From: an uncultured Pseudomonadota bacterium
GTDB taxonomy: Bacteria; Pseudomonadota; Gammaproteobacteria; Natronospirales; REEB76
Direction of reading: 5' to 3'
DNA length: 64,000 nucleotides
NCBI GenBank assembly: GCA_963817285.1
Contig: CAWFOE010000008.1
Coordinates: forward strand, 12,990-76,989
The notes under the pieces were generated by a model that ran no database searches, was not told where the DNA came from, and saw only the letters and a program-made list of their open reading frames with translations. Shown here piece by piece: positions 23,147-33,235 of this stretch. How positions within the stretch are numbered: position 1 is the first letter of the stretch; every line of letters starts with the position of its first letter. Position numbers and translations under genes: made by a program.

Positions 23147-24274
23147 TCAGGAACCTTTGAGACATGCTTTAAGGGCCGTACACACCCTGTCCACGTCGGA
23201 CATCTGCATGGTCGGGAACAAGGGCAGCGTCAGGGTCTCGCTGCCGATGCGTTCGGCGTTGGGGAACTGACCCTCACGATACCCCATATTGCGATAGAAG
23301 CTGAACTGGTTCAGGGCCTGGTAATGGATGCCGAGGCCTATGCCCTGCTCATGCATGCGTTGCTTCAAGCCGGTGCGATCCAAGCTGTACTTCTTGTAAT
23401 GGGGGAGCAATGTGAACATATGCCAGCTGTGGCCCGCATCTCCCTTGGCCGGCACCACGCCGAGCTCTTCGTCGCCTAGCAGTTCCAGGTAACGGTACGC
23501 CAGGGCCTGGCGCTTCTCGTTGAACTCATCCAGGTGCGCGAGCTGGCCTATACCTACCCGGGCGGCCACGTCGGTCATGTTGTGCTTGCTGGCGGCTTCG
23601 CTCACGTCCATGGTGCCGTCGGGGTGCTTGGTGATGCCGTGGAAGCGCAATATCTCGAGACGCCTCGCCTCCTCCGGCGTGGCGACGGAGACCGCAGAAC
23701 CCTCGATGGTGGTGAGGTTCTTATTGGCATGGAAGCTGAAGACCACGATGTCACCGAAGGAGCCGATCTTGCGCCCCTTGTAGGCGGTACCGATGGCCTG
23801 GGCCGCGTCTTCGATGACCCTGAGCTTATGCTTGGCCGCCAGCGCATAGACCGCATCCACATCCACGGCGAGACCGTTGAGATGCACGGGCATGATGGCG
23901 CGGGTCTTGGACGTCACCGCCGCCGCCGCCTGGTCCATGAGGATGGAACGGCTCTTCAGGTCCACATCCACCAGCACGGGTTTTGCACCGACGCGCACCA
24001 CCACGTTGGCAGTGGCAGCGAAAGTCATCGCAGGCACAATCACTTCGTCGCCGGGACCGATGCCGGCCATCACCAAGGCTTCTTCCATCGCACCGGTGGC
24101 ATGCAGGTAGGTGCGCAGGAAGCGTTTGCCGCCGAGATAGTCGGTGAGGCCCTTCTCGAACTTCTCCACCATGGGGCCGCTGGTGATCCAGCCGGAACGC
24201 AGCACCTCGACTACGCCAGCGATGGTCTCGTCATCCAGGGTGGGCCGGGTGAACGGCAGGTAATTACTGTTCAT
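23147..24274 (-). CDS. arnB: UDP-4-amino-4-deoxy-L-arabinose aminotransferase (DegT family)
   Basis: LRSGWITSGP, IEDAAQA, SFHANKNLTTIEG. Confidence 0.9.
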   Translation of the reverse strand: MNSNYLPFTRPTLDDETIAGVVEVLRSGWITSGPMVEKFEKGLTDYLGGKRFLRTYLHATGAMEEALVMAGIGPGDEVIVPAMTFAATANVVVRVGAKPVLVDVDLKSRSILMDQAAAAVTSKTRAIMPVHLNGLAVDVDAVYALAAKHKLRVIEDAAQAIGTAYKGRKIGSFGDIVVFSFHANKNLTTIEGSAVSVATPEEARRLEILRFHGITKHPDGTMDVSEAASKHNMTDVAARVGIGQLAHLDEFNEKRQALAYRYLELLGDEELGVVPAKGDAGHSWHMFTLLPHYKKYSLDRTGLKQRMHEQGIGLGIHYQALNQFSFYRNMGYREGQFPNAERIGSETLTLPLFPTMQMSDVDRVCTALKACLKGS

Positions 24275-24290
24275 CTCTACTACCTTGAAT

Positions 24291-24662
24291 TTAGCTACGT
24301 GCCACGAGGAATACGCCGACGATGATGATGCCGATGCCGGACATGCGCATGGCGTTCACTGATTCGCCCATGAAAGCCCAGGCGATGAAAGCGGTCACCA
24401 CATAACCCAGGGATAACATCGGATAAGCGATGCTCACCTGCACCCGTGAGAGTGCGAGGATCCATATCCCCACGCTGATGACGTAGCAGGTGAGTCCGCC
24501 CAAGATATGGGGCTCCAGGGCGAGCTTCATACCGGCGGAGAAGATATTGGATGCATCCAACTTGATGATGCCGATATCTTTGACGCCAGCCTTGAGTAAT
24601 AGCTGCGCTGCCGCGTTCAGCAACACGCCGGTGAGCACTAGGGTGAAACTGATGAGGTTCAT
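24291..24662 (-). CDS. EamA/SMR-type undecaprenyl-P-Ara4N flippase (ArnE/F/G-like)
   Basis: Four TM helices, QLLLKAG, LSRVQVSIAYPMLSLGY; ATG overlaps arnT stop. Confidence 0.85.
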   Translation of the reverse strand: MNLISFTLVLTGVLLNAAAQLLLKAGVKDIGIIKLDASNIFSAGMKLALEPHILGGLTCYVISVGIWILALSRVQVSIAYPMLSLGYVVTAFIAWAFMGESVNAMRMSGIGIIIVGVFLVARS

Positions 24663-26359
24663 GGTTTTCTCACTGCGATGTGATCGGGGTCGCGGGCGAT
24701 GACGCTCATGGGCAGGGCCTCGGCCGCGAGTTGGGTGTAGGTCTCGGGTGGCATCACTGCCAAAGCATCGCCCTGCTTGCGCCATTCTGCGGCAAAACGA
24801 TCCAGGTCAGGGATCCATTTCGTGGGCTCGCGGCCGATGCCGAACTCCAATTCGCCCTGGTAGGCCACGATGGTCATGGTACGCCCCAGGTAGAAAGGTA
24901 GGGATTGGGGGTAATCGTTGAGACTATATATAGGTACGCCGGGTTTACTGTAGGGCGCCATCTGCAAGGCCAGGGCGTGCTGAGAGTACACCGGTGCCAG
25001 CACCTGGGCCCCCGCTGCCACCGTCTGGGTCGCGAGGAACATGCCTGCCGCAAGCAATACCAGCGCCGTGGTCACTCGCGAGAAATAGGCGAGCAGGAAA
25101 CTTACGATGGCTGCGAGCAGCAGCAAGCCAGAGCCTGCCATGAGCCAGGGCAGGAAAGCCTGATACAGCTCCACCGGCACCCTGCCGCCGTGCTGCTGCA
25201 ACTCAGGGGCTTGCCAGAGGGCGGCGATGGCCAGTGCGATGCCGAGTAGCGCGCTCAGCATCGCATCACGACGCCCGAGCCGTGCAAGCTCGCGACCGAG
25301 GAGCAAGGCCAGGGCCGGGAACATGGGCAGGATATAGCTGCCGAGCTTGGAATCCGACAGGGAGAAGAACAGGAAGATGAACCCGCACCACAACCACAGG
25401 AAGAGCCCATGGTCGAAACGCCCTGTCGCCGGCATTGTCTCGGGCTCGCTTCCGATCGTCGCATCCGACCCTCGGCGCAGATAGCCCGTGACGAGCTCGT
25501 AGTTCACGAACCGCACCAGTGCGCGGATGAACTGAGGCAGGAAGCACCAGAGGCCGAATAGCAGGATGGGTATGAAGAACCACCAGGGCTCGACGCGGTG
25601 ATGTACGGTGGTGAGGAAGCGTTCGAAATGCTCATGGATGAAGAAGAACTGCGGGAACTCCGGGTTGCGCAGGCTCACCAGCAGGAACCAGGGAGCGGCG
25701 ATGAGGAGATAGATCAGCAGACCGCCGACGAAATGCAGTCGCTTGAAACGTGCCCAGTCGCGTTTGATGAGCACGTAGAGCAGGAACACGGCGCCCGGCA
25801 ACACCACCGCCTCCAAACCCTTGCTCAAGGTGGCGAGAGCCGCGAAGCCCCAGGCTGCGTACATCCACCCGCGCTGCGGCCGAGATGTCTCCGCATCCAT
25901 GGACAGCAGGAATGCGAACAAGCTGCTGCACATGAAGAACGTCACCCCCATGTCGAGGGTGTTGAAGTGCCCCATGATGGTGAAGTACAGGCTGCCGAGG
26001 AGCGTGAGCGAGCCTAGCCAGGCGGCGCGCCGGCCGAAGAGCCGCTCGCCGGTGAATACCGTCATGAGTATGCAGAGGAAGCCTGTGAGTACGGTCCACA
26101 GGCGGGAGCTGCCGTTGCTGGCGCCGAAGACTTCGTAGGCCACGGCAGTAGCCCAATACTGGAGCGGTGGTTTCTCGAAATACTTGAGGCCGTCCAGACG
26201 CGGGGTGACCCAGTCGCCTGTGACCAGCATCTCCCGGGGGATCTCGGCGTATCGGCCTTCATCGGTCTGGAACAGGTCGCGCTGTCCCAGGCCCGTGAAC
26301 CAAGCCGCGGTCAGGAGGGCGACGGCCAGGATGACTCGCGCGCGCAGGGTCATGACCAT
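24659..26359 (-). CDS. arnT: 4-amino-4-deoxy-L-arabinose transferase (GT83)
   Basis: DEGRYAEIPREM, GDWVTPRLDGLKYFEKPPLQYW, HEHFERF, SKLGSYILP. Confidence 0.93.
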   Translation of the reverse strand: MVMTLRARVILAVALLTAAWFTGLGQRDLFQTDEGRYAEIPREMLVTGDWVTPRLDGLKYFEKPPLQYWATAVAYEVFGASNGSSRLWTVLTGFLCILMTVFTGERLFGRRAAWLGSLTLLGSLYFTIMGHFNTLDMGVTFFMCSSLFAFLLSMDAETSRPQRGWMYAAWGFAALATLSKGLEAVVLPGAVFLLYVLIKRDWARFKRLHFVGGLLIYLLIAAPWFLLVSLRNPEFPQFFFIHEHFERFLTTVHHRVEPWWFFIPILLFGLWCFLPQFIRALVRFVNYELVTGYLRRGSDATIGSEPETMPATGRFDHGLFLWLWCGFIFLFFSLSDSKLGSYILPMFPALALLLGRELARLGRRDAMLSALLGIALAIAALWQAPELQQHGGRVPVELYQAFLPWLMAGSGLLLLAAIVSFLLAYFSRVTTALVLLAAGMFLATQTVAAGAQVLAPVYSQHALALQMAPYSKPGVPIYSLNDYPQSLPFYLGRTMTIVAYQGELEFGIGREPTKWIPDLDRFAAEWRKQGDALAVMPPETYTQLAAEALPMSVIARDPDHIAVRKP

Positions 26360-26448
26360 AGTAAGGGCTACGCCGCGTGGGGGAAGCTGCGAATTATATA
26401 GTAGGTACCCGGGTTTTTCGCGGTGGGCCCGGGACTTAGCCGCGGAAC

Positions 26449-26760
26449 TCAGTCATGGGTCCGGGCCGCCATCTGCGCCCACTCCAGAAGCAGGTCGGCA
26501 TCTTCGAGCACTTCTGCCGGAACTTCGTAATAGCGGTGCAACTCCTTCACACCCCTGGGGTTGAAGGGATGGCTGCCCTTCTTGAGATAAGCCGGACGGC
26601 TCGCCTCGTCGGTGCGGAAGTAGAGCGTGCCCTTGTGGGCGATGCCGAAGAAGCTGGAGCCGAGATATAGGCCATGGCCGCCGAACATGGCGCGCGTCTT
26701 TAGTGCTTTGGCCTCCGCCAGTTGCTCAAGCACGTAGTCGAGGAAGGAGGTATCAGCCAT
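26449..26760 (-). CDS. TfoX/Sxy N-terminal domain protein
   Basis: RAMFGGHGLY, LYFRTDE, YYEVPAEVLED..LLEWA. Confidence 0.88.
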   Translation of the reverse strand: MADTSFLDYVLEQLAEAKALKTRAMFGGHGLYLGSSFFGIAHKGTLYFRTDEASRPAYLKKGSHPFNPRGVKELHRYYEVPAEVLEDADLLLEWAQMAARTHD

Positions 26761-26929
26761 ATAGGTCGAGTCTCAGCCCCCAAGAGTCAAGATACTGGGT
26801 GGCTGCGCCACCTGCCCGGCTCCGCATCCTGCTCCGCCGGCAGCATGGCCCGTGCTCTCCTGCACGGGCGTTCGCAGCGGTGCTGCTCACTTGCTCCAGT
26901 ACATATTCCAGGAATGAGGTGTCGCTCAT
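26753..26929 (-). pseudogene. Relic 5' end of a TfoX paralog fused to a structured repeat
   Basis: ATG 26929 encodes MSDTSFLEYVLEQ (11/13 identical to MADTSFLDYVLEQ of the downstream gene), then runs into repeat copy A. Confidence 0.7.
26789..26890. repeat. Structured intergenic repeat, copy A (partial)
   Basis: 26866-26890 matches 48934-48958 at 23/25; colinear similarity continues to the terminal hairpin GGTGGC-tgc-GCCACC. Confidence 0.8.
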
Positions 26930-27364
26930 TTAAGGTCGCAGTGGGGTGAGCTGGCCCAATTCACGGTAGCGTCGATAGTCCGCCAGCACCAAGGCATGAT
27001 CGAAGACGAGTGTTGGGGGACGCAGGGGGTCGAAAGCCTGGGCCTTGGCCGCATCGTCCCCGGCTTTGGGATTGCCGTGGGCCTCACCTATATAGACCGC
27101 CGTGACGGTATGACCGCGTGGATCCCGGGCCGGATCGGAGTACATGCCCAGTAAGGTCTTGAGACGCACCTTGAGGCCGGTCTCCTCCTCGGCCTCCCGC
27201 ATCGCGGCCCGCTCCAGGCTCTCGCCCACTTCCACGAAGCCACCGGGCAAGGCCCAGCCAAGGGGTGGATTGCGCCGCTCGATGAGCACCACGGGCCTGC
27301 CCGGCTCGTCCAGGAGTTCGATGATCACGTCAGCGGCGAGGAGCGGCGTGACGAGGCGGGTCAT
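26930..27364 (-). CDS. NUDIX hydrolase
   Basis: Nudix box GGFVEVGESLERAAMREAEEETG. Confidence 0.95.
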   Translation of the reverse strand: MTRLVTPLLAADVIIELLDEPGRPVVLIERRNPPLGWALPGGFVEVGESLERAAMREAEEETGLKVRLKTLLGMYSDPARDPRGHTVTAVYIGEAHGNPKAGDDAAKAQAFDPLRPPTLVFDHALVLADYRRYRELGQLTPLRP

Positions 27365-27765
27365 CCGGCACTCCTGCGGGTGAAGCGGATGATCTGGCGC
27401 CTACTCTTCTTGTCCGGCCGTTTGGTTGGAGCCGGGTTGGTGAGCGCTCGGGCGCGTCCCAGTTCCCGACGCAGTTCACGGGCGGCGCGGCTCGCGACTG
27501 TCTCTTCGTAGAGCGCCTGGGCTTCGGCAGCAGGACCACGGCGCTCTGCCAGTGCACGCACCATGATCTCGAGATGCTCAGGACCGCGGGTGATGGAAAG
27601 ACTGTCGCCGGCTTTGAGCTCCCGCGCCGCTTTCGCCCGCACGCCGTTCACATGCACCTTGCCGCCATTCACGGCTGCAGCGGCGAGACTCCGGGTCTTA
27701 AACAGGCGGGCACACCAGAGCCATTTATCCAATCTGGCAGTCAGGGTGCCTGCCACGGCTCTCAC
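27361..27765 (-). CDS. hslR: Ribosome-associated heat shock protein Hsp15 (S4 domain)
   Basis: RLDKWLWCARLFKTRSLA, RRGPAAEAQALYEET, RPDKKSRR. Confidence 0.93.
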   Translation of the reverse strand: MRAVAGTLTARLDKWLWCARLFKTRSLAAAAVNGGKVHVNGVRAKAARELKAGDSLSITRGPEHLEIMVRALAERRGPAAEAQALYEETVASRAARELRRELGRARALTNPAPTKRPDKKSRRQIIRFTRRSAG

Positions 27766-29054
27766 AAAGCAGTGACCCTCAAGGCTACTTGCTTCGCCAT
27801 GAGAGTGAAACCGATGTACTCGTATTTGATCTTGTGCTGCTCTGCGAACTCATGCCAGGCGCGGTACTCGTGCTGCTCGAAACCATCGAAGCCGAGGTAT
27901 TCGTCGAACAAGAACACGGTGCCGGGCTGCAGCAGAGAGCGCAAGCCTTCCAGCACAGTCTTGGTGGAGCTGTAGAGGTCGCAGTCCACGTGCACGAAAC
28001 GCAGCTTCTCTTTCTCGGTGGCCACGAACTTGGGCAGGGTGTCTTGGAACCACCCGCGATGCAGTTTCACGTGGGCTGGCATCGCTGGGATGCGGCCGGC
28101 GGTGCTATAGCTGCCGCGAGGCTCCCCGGGTTTCCAATCCTCTGGCAAACCTTCGAAGCTGTCGAAACCGTGGACCGGGCCGCCCACATGCCGCGCGATC
28201 TTGCGGAGGGACAAGCCGTGATAGACGCCGAATTCCAGCACCGCGCCGGTGGCAGGCGCCGCCTGCAGGGATCGGGTGAGCAGGGACGATTCCTCACCGC
28301 AGAAAAGCTTATCGCCACGCTGTTTGCGGGCAAACAAGAAACCACGCCAGCGCGGCTCTATGGATTCGTCGTCCAATACCGCCGCAACGGCGCGCTTCGC
28401 TTTCGCAGCATCACCAGCCAAAGTGAGCAAGGCGGCGTTCAGATAAGTCAGGTAAGGGTGGCGGGCACCACGGGCGAGACCATCGGTGACGATGTGCAAG
28501 GCGGTATCGAGGCCCGCCAAGTCATAGCGCAGGAGCGCCAGCAAGGCGAACATGTCGCCGTTGGCTTCGCCGCTCTGCCAGCGTTCGAGGAGGGTGAGCG
28601 CCTCGGGTATGTGATCGAGGCTCACGAGGGACTTGACCAAGGGCATGGCGAAGCGTCTTTCCAGCGGGTTCTTATCCACCGCCTTACGGAAAGCATCCAG
28701 GGCTTTCTCGTAATCCCCTTCCATCCACAGGAGACGAGCCTGGGAGAATATGTACTCCGCCTTCTCCGCATCGACGCGCAGGAGCCGCTCCATCAGGGGG
28801 CGAGCCGCGGTGGTATCCCGGCGCAACAGATGCAGGTTGAGGATATCCGCTGCCAGCACGTCCTGTTCCGGATTGTATTCCAGGCCCTGGACGAGCAGCT
28901 TGATCGCGTCTGCATCCCGTTTCTGCTCCAGGGCGATCCTGGAACGCATGCGCCAGGCATCCACCAGGGAAGGGTCGTTCTGCAGGGAACGCGCGTACTC
29001 AGCGTCTGCCAGATCCAGATCGGGGTTACGGCGGAGATCGGTCATTGAAGGCAT
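27762..29054 (-). CDS. TPR-repeat protein fused to class I SAM-dependent methyltransferase (TylF/MycF-like)
   Basis: N-terminal TPR-like helices; C-terminal LEFGVYHG, GFDSFEGLPE, HVDCDLY, FDEY. Confidence 0.8.
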   Translation of the reverse strand: MPSMTDLRRNPDLDLADAEYARSLQNDPSLVDAWRMRSRIALEQKRDADAIKLLVQGLEYNPEQDVLAADILNLHLLRRDTTAARPLMERLLRVDAEKAEYIFSQARLLWMEGDYEKALDAFRKAVDKNPLERRFAMPLVKSLVSLDHIPEALTLLERWQSGEANGDMFALLALLRYDLAGLDTALHIVTDGLARGARHPYLTYLNAALLTLAGDAAKAKRAVAAVLDDESIEPRWRGFLFARKQRGDKLFCGEESSLLTRSLQAAPATGAVLEFGVYHGLSLRKIARHVGGPVHGFDSFEGLPEDWKPGEPRGSYSTAGRIPAMPAHVKLHRGWFQDTLPKFVATEKEKLRFVHVDCDLYSSTKTVLEGLRSLLQPGTVFLFDEYLGFDGFEQHEYRAWHEFAEQHKIKYEYIGFTLMAKQVALRVTAL

Positions 29055-29233
29055 CGGGTTATCGTCGCGGGTGGCTGTTTATCAAGGGTGACGGCCGGGG
29101 CGACTCAAGGACCCCCTCTTCGAGAGGGAGCCGGTGCGCATCCAGCCGCCGTCGCTGGTCTGCATCATAACATTCGCCACCAAAAGCCCCGCTGGTATAA
29201 TCCGCTCCGCATCGCACGCCCCGGAGCCCGCCC

Positions 29234-30430
29234 TTGAACCAGGCCTTCCTCAAGCACATCGGACAGCAGACCGCCGCCCTGCACGAAGCAGGCCTCTACA
29301 AGGCAGAGCGCGTGATCAGCACGCCCCAACAGGCGACGATACGGGTGGCCGGTGGCTCTGAGGTGCTGAACTTTTGCGCCAACAACTATCTTGGGCTCTC
29401 GGACCACCCTACCCTGGTGAAGGCTGCCCAGGAATCCCTGCCTAAATACGGTTTCGGCATGTCTTCGGTGCGCTTCATCTGCGGCACCCAGACAGTGCAC
29501 AAGGAACTGGAGGCGCGCCTCTCGAGGTTCCTCGGCATGGAAGACACCATCCTCTACGGTTCCTGCTTCGACGCCAACGGCGGCCTCTTCGAGACGATCC
29601 TGGACGAACAGGATGCGGTGATCAGCGATGCACTGAACCACGCCTCCATCATCGACGGCGTGCGCCTGTGCAAGGCCAAGCGCTTCCGCTACAACAACAA
29701 CGACATGGCGGACCTGGAAGCGCGACTCAAAGAAGCCGACGCCGCCGGCGCCCGCTATAAACTCATCGCCACCGACGGCGTGTTCTCCATGGACGGCATC
29801 ATCGCCAACCTCAAGGGTGTGTGCGACTTGGCGGACAAGTACCATGCCCTGGTGATGGTGGACGATTCTCACGCGGTGGGCTTCATGGGCGAAGGCGGCC
29901 GTGGCAGCCACGAGTTCCGCGGCGTGATGGGCCGGGTGGACATACTGACCGGCACTCTTGGCAAAGCTCTCGGCGGCGCTTCCGGTGGCTACACTTCTGC
30001 CCGCAAGGAGATCGTGGAGTGGCTGCGGCAGCGTTCGCGTCCCTACCTCTTCTCCAACACTCTCGCCCCCACTATCGCGGCCACGTCCATCCAGGTGCTG
30101 GACCTCCTGGAGAAGGACGACAGCCTGCGCAAGAAGGTGCATGAGAACAGCCGCCGCTTCCGCGCGGGCATGCAGAAACTCGGTTTCACCCTGGCCGGCG
30201 CTGACCACCCCATCATCCCGGTGATGCTGGGGGACGCTAAGCTCGCCAAGAGCATGGCGGATGAACTTCTGAAGGAAGGCATCTACGTCATCGGTTTCTC
30301 CTTCCCCGTGGTACCTAAGGACCAGGCGCGTATCCGCACCCAGATGTCGGCAGCCCACGAACCCGAACATATAGATAAAGCGATCGCCGCTTTCGGAAAG
30401 ATCGGCCGCAAGCTCGGCGTCATCAAATAA
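29234..30430 (+). CDS. kbl: Glycine C-acetyltransferase (2-amino-3-ketobutyrate CoA ligase)
   Basis: [36 protein letters not shown]; TATAAT at about 29196. Confidence 0.97.
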   Translation: MNQAFLKHIGQQTAALHEAGLYKAERVISTPQQATIRVAGGSEVLNFCANNYLGLSDHPTLVKAAQESLPKYGFGMSSVRFICGTQTVHKELEARLSRFLGMEDTILYGSCFDANGGLFETILDEQDAVISDALNHASIIDGVRLCKAKRFRYNNNDMADLEARLKEADAAGARYKLIATDGVFSMDGIIANLKGVCDLADKYHALVMVDDSHAVGFMGEGGRGSHEFRGVMGRVDILTGTLGKALGGASGGYTSARKEIVEWLRQRSRPYLFSNTLAPTIAATSIQVLDLLEKDDSLRKKVHENSRRFRAGMQKLGFTLAGADHPIIPVMLGDAKLAKSMADELLKEGIYVIGFSFPVVPKDQARIRTQMSAAHEPEHIDKAIAAFGKIGRKLGVIK

Positions 30431-30449
30431 TCTTCAGAGGTCTTAAGCA

Positions 30450-31475
30450 ATGCGCGCACTCGTAAAAGCGAAAGCTCAAGAAGGGATCTGGCTGCAGGAC
30501 ATGCCGAAGCCCAAGATCGGCCACAACGACCTGCTCATCAAGGTCGCCAAGACCGCCATCTGCGGCACCGACATCCACATCTACAACTGGGATGAATGGG
30601 CACAGAAGACCATCCCGGTGCCTATGACCGTGGGACACGAGTTCGTAGGCGTGGTGGCGGAGATCGGCAGCGAGGTACAGGGCTTCAAAGTAGGCGACCG
30701 GGTCTCCGGCGAAGGCCACATCACCTGCGGCCATTGCCGCAACTGCCGCGCGGGCCGCCGTCATCTCTGCCGCAACACCGTGGGCGTGGGCGTCAATCGT
30801 CCTGGCTGCTTCGCCGAGTATCTTGCCATCCCCGCCGTCAATGCCTTCCCGTTGCCGGACGACATCTCCGACGACGTGGCCGCCTTCCTGGATCCGCTCG
30901 GCAACGCCACTCATACCGCCCTCTCTTTCGATCTCGTGGGCGAAGACGTGCTCATCACCGGTGCCGGCCCCATCGGCTGCATGGCGGTGGCCATCGCCAA
31001 GCACGTGGGCGCACGCCATGTGGTGATCACCGACGTGAACGACTACCGCCTGGAACTGGCCCGTAAGCTCGGCGCCACCCGTACCGTGAACGTCACCAAC
31101 CAGAAACTGCAAGGCGTAATGGAAGAACTGAACATGAAGGAAGGTTTCGACGTGGGTCTGGAGATGTCCGGCAACGCCCAAGCCTTCCGCCAGATGATCG
31201 ACGTCATGAACCACGGCGGCAAGATCGCGCTGCTCGGCATCCTGCCGCCGGATGCAGCCATCGAGTGGAACAAGGTGATCTTCAAGGGCCTGTTCCTGAA
31301 GGGTATCTACGGCCGTGAGATGTTCGAGACCTGGTACAAGATGGTGAGCATGCTGCAGAGCGGCCTGGACATCACCCCTGTGCTGACGCACCACTACAAG
31401 GTGAACGACTTCCAGGCAGGCTTCGACGTGATGCGTTCGGGGAAATCCGGGAAAGTGGTATTGGATTGGAACTGA
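30450..31475 (+). CDS. tdh: L-threonine 3-dehydrogenase
   Basis: [30 protein letters not shown]. Confidence 0.97.
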   Translation: MRALVKAKAQEGIWLQDMPKPKIGHNDLLIKVAKTAICGTDIHIYNWDEWAQKTIPVPMTVGHEFVGVVAEIGSEVQGFKVGDRVSGEGHITCGHCRNCRAGRRHLCRNTVGVGVNRPGCFAEYLAIPAVNAFPLPDDISDDVAAFLDPLGNATHTALSFDLVGEDVLITGAGPIGCMAVAIAKHVGARHVVITDVNDYRLELARKLGATRTVNVTNQKLQGVMEELNMKEGFDVGLEMSGNAQAFRQMIDVMNHGGKIALLGILPPDAAIEWNKVIFKGLFLKGIYGREMFETWYKMVSMLQSGLDITPVLTHHYKVNDFQAGFDVMRSGKSGKVVLDWN

Positions 31476-31491
31476 GCCCTGCGCCGACCTG

Positions 31492-31521
31492 AAAAGCGAG
31501 GGCAGGCAGCCCTGCCCTCGC
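31492..31521 (-). terminator. Terminator between convergent tdh and HAF-repeat gene
   Basis: GCGAGGGCAGG / CCTGCCCTCGC stem with an adjacent A/T run. Confidence 0.7.
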
Positions 31522-31535
31522 CAGAGACGCTTCCA

Positions 31536-32769
31536 TCATTTCCCGGTCGCGACCGGGATCGCCATGAACGCCTTAATCACGCCGCTGGACGGGTCGTAGG
31601 CCTGTCCGGTGATCACGCCTTCATCGTTGATATCCTGAGCATCGGTTAGCATCAACGTCGTTCCCGGCAGCATTAGGCTGTTCAGGTTCACCATTTTGCC
31701 CCCCTGATAGATGAAAGCCTGTCCGTAGGGTGTCGAGCCCAGGGATATCCCCACCACCTGTCCGTGGTTGTTGACACCCAGACCTTCGCTCACGACATCT
31801 CCATCGAGCACACCCAGATCGCAGGTCGCGGTGGTGATCGCGCCATCGCACATGAAGGGCTTGGGCGACCAGAAGAAGGCGTGGAAATTGGGCGCGCCGA
31901 CTCCATCGCCGGCGAGGTCAGAAAAGCCCGTCACTTCGCCCTGGTCGTTTATATCCATGGGTGTGTTCCAATAGGCGCCGCCGAGTGTGGGGATGGTGCC
32001 TGTCACTCTGCCGCCCTGCCAGATAACCATGTGCTCGGCGGTATCGGCGCCGACGGCGCCGCCACAGACGCCCGAGATACCTACTACCTGGCCTTTCTGG
32101 TTGATAGCTGTCGCGGCTCCGTCCTGATCCCCGGTGTAAGGGGGTAGCTCTTCAGCGACATAATTGCCCCCCTTCTGCACCCACATGACAGCTTCGAACT
32201 GCAGCACCTGATTGTTACGCGTGCAGGTAGGATCGTGGATGGTGTCCTCAGCCCAACCCACGATCTCGCGCGCGTCGTTGATGCCCGTGGTGAAACCATT
32301 GTCCCCACCGAGAGTCGGGAGTCGCATCATATGCCCGTCGTGCCAGACGAAACCACGACACACATGCCCATCGGCGGGAGCAGAATAGAATATGGCGAGT
32401 GCACAGCTCCATTGCTCACCCAGAGGCTGCATATCTGCTGTCTCTGAGATGCCCGCGACCACACCATCATCGTTGCGGTTCGGCCAAGCCACTGCACTAT
32501 TCGGTCCACCGAGGGTGCCTAAATCGACGGGGACACCGTAGATCCATAATTCGGCGTGGATGTTCGTGCTTCCTGGTAGGTCTGCTTCGCCGGCTATCAG
32601 CCCAAAATCGTTGATGCTGTTACCCACATTGCCGATGCCGAACGGCACACCGGTGCCACCTAGCGGTGCACCAAGATCCACGATGCGATATCTGACTGCA
32701 TCGGCATATGCAGTGCTGACCAACAGCATCGCGATGATCATGGCAAAGCTTGTGATGAGAATTTTTCAT
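31536..32769 (-). CDS. Secreted HAF-repeat (beta-propeller-like) protein
   Basis: Repeats DLGTLGG..INxxGxVVG and HAF-like motifs; true start probably ATG 32769 (MKILITSFAMIIAMLL) if one A is removed from a homopolymer. Confidence 0.8.
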
Positions 32770-33235
32770 GGTGTACTCCTTTTTTTCGGGCAATGCGCCA
32801 CCAGACTGAGTGGCTTGCATCACACGAACAGCAGAAATGGTTTCACGATCCAAATATATGCGGCAGGCAGGTGTTTGCTAGCAGCTTTCGGACGCAGCCC
32901 TATCCCACGTATGCGACTTGGAAATCAGGAAACTAGTGAGGCCCCATCTCGAGTCGTATCGCGTTGCCGCACGCGTCAAGTCCTGGGCGAGGTGCTGGCA
33001 TTCGCCGGTCAGGATCATGGGTTCGGCGATAAGACGCACCACCTGCATCACGCGATGCCGGCATGGGCCTGTACATCCCAATCAACGGCGAGAGATGGTC
33101 GTTTCTGCATTTAGTCAAATGGCCCGCAGGAGGCGTGGCATACTGCGCCGGTGAATTCGCCCGATTGCGCAAACGGGAATAAACTCCTGTCTCGCGGGGT
33201 CTATAACCACCAGCTCTCAATCCGAGGAGTCCAGC

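Noticed and set aside
29090-29155. tRNA-Sec-like GGCGGCTGGA segment
   Set aside because: No TCA anticodon arm, T-loop or CCA end; it cannot form a cloverleaf
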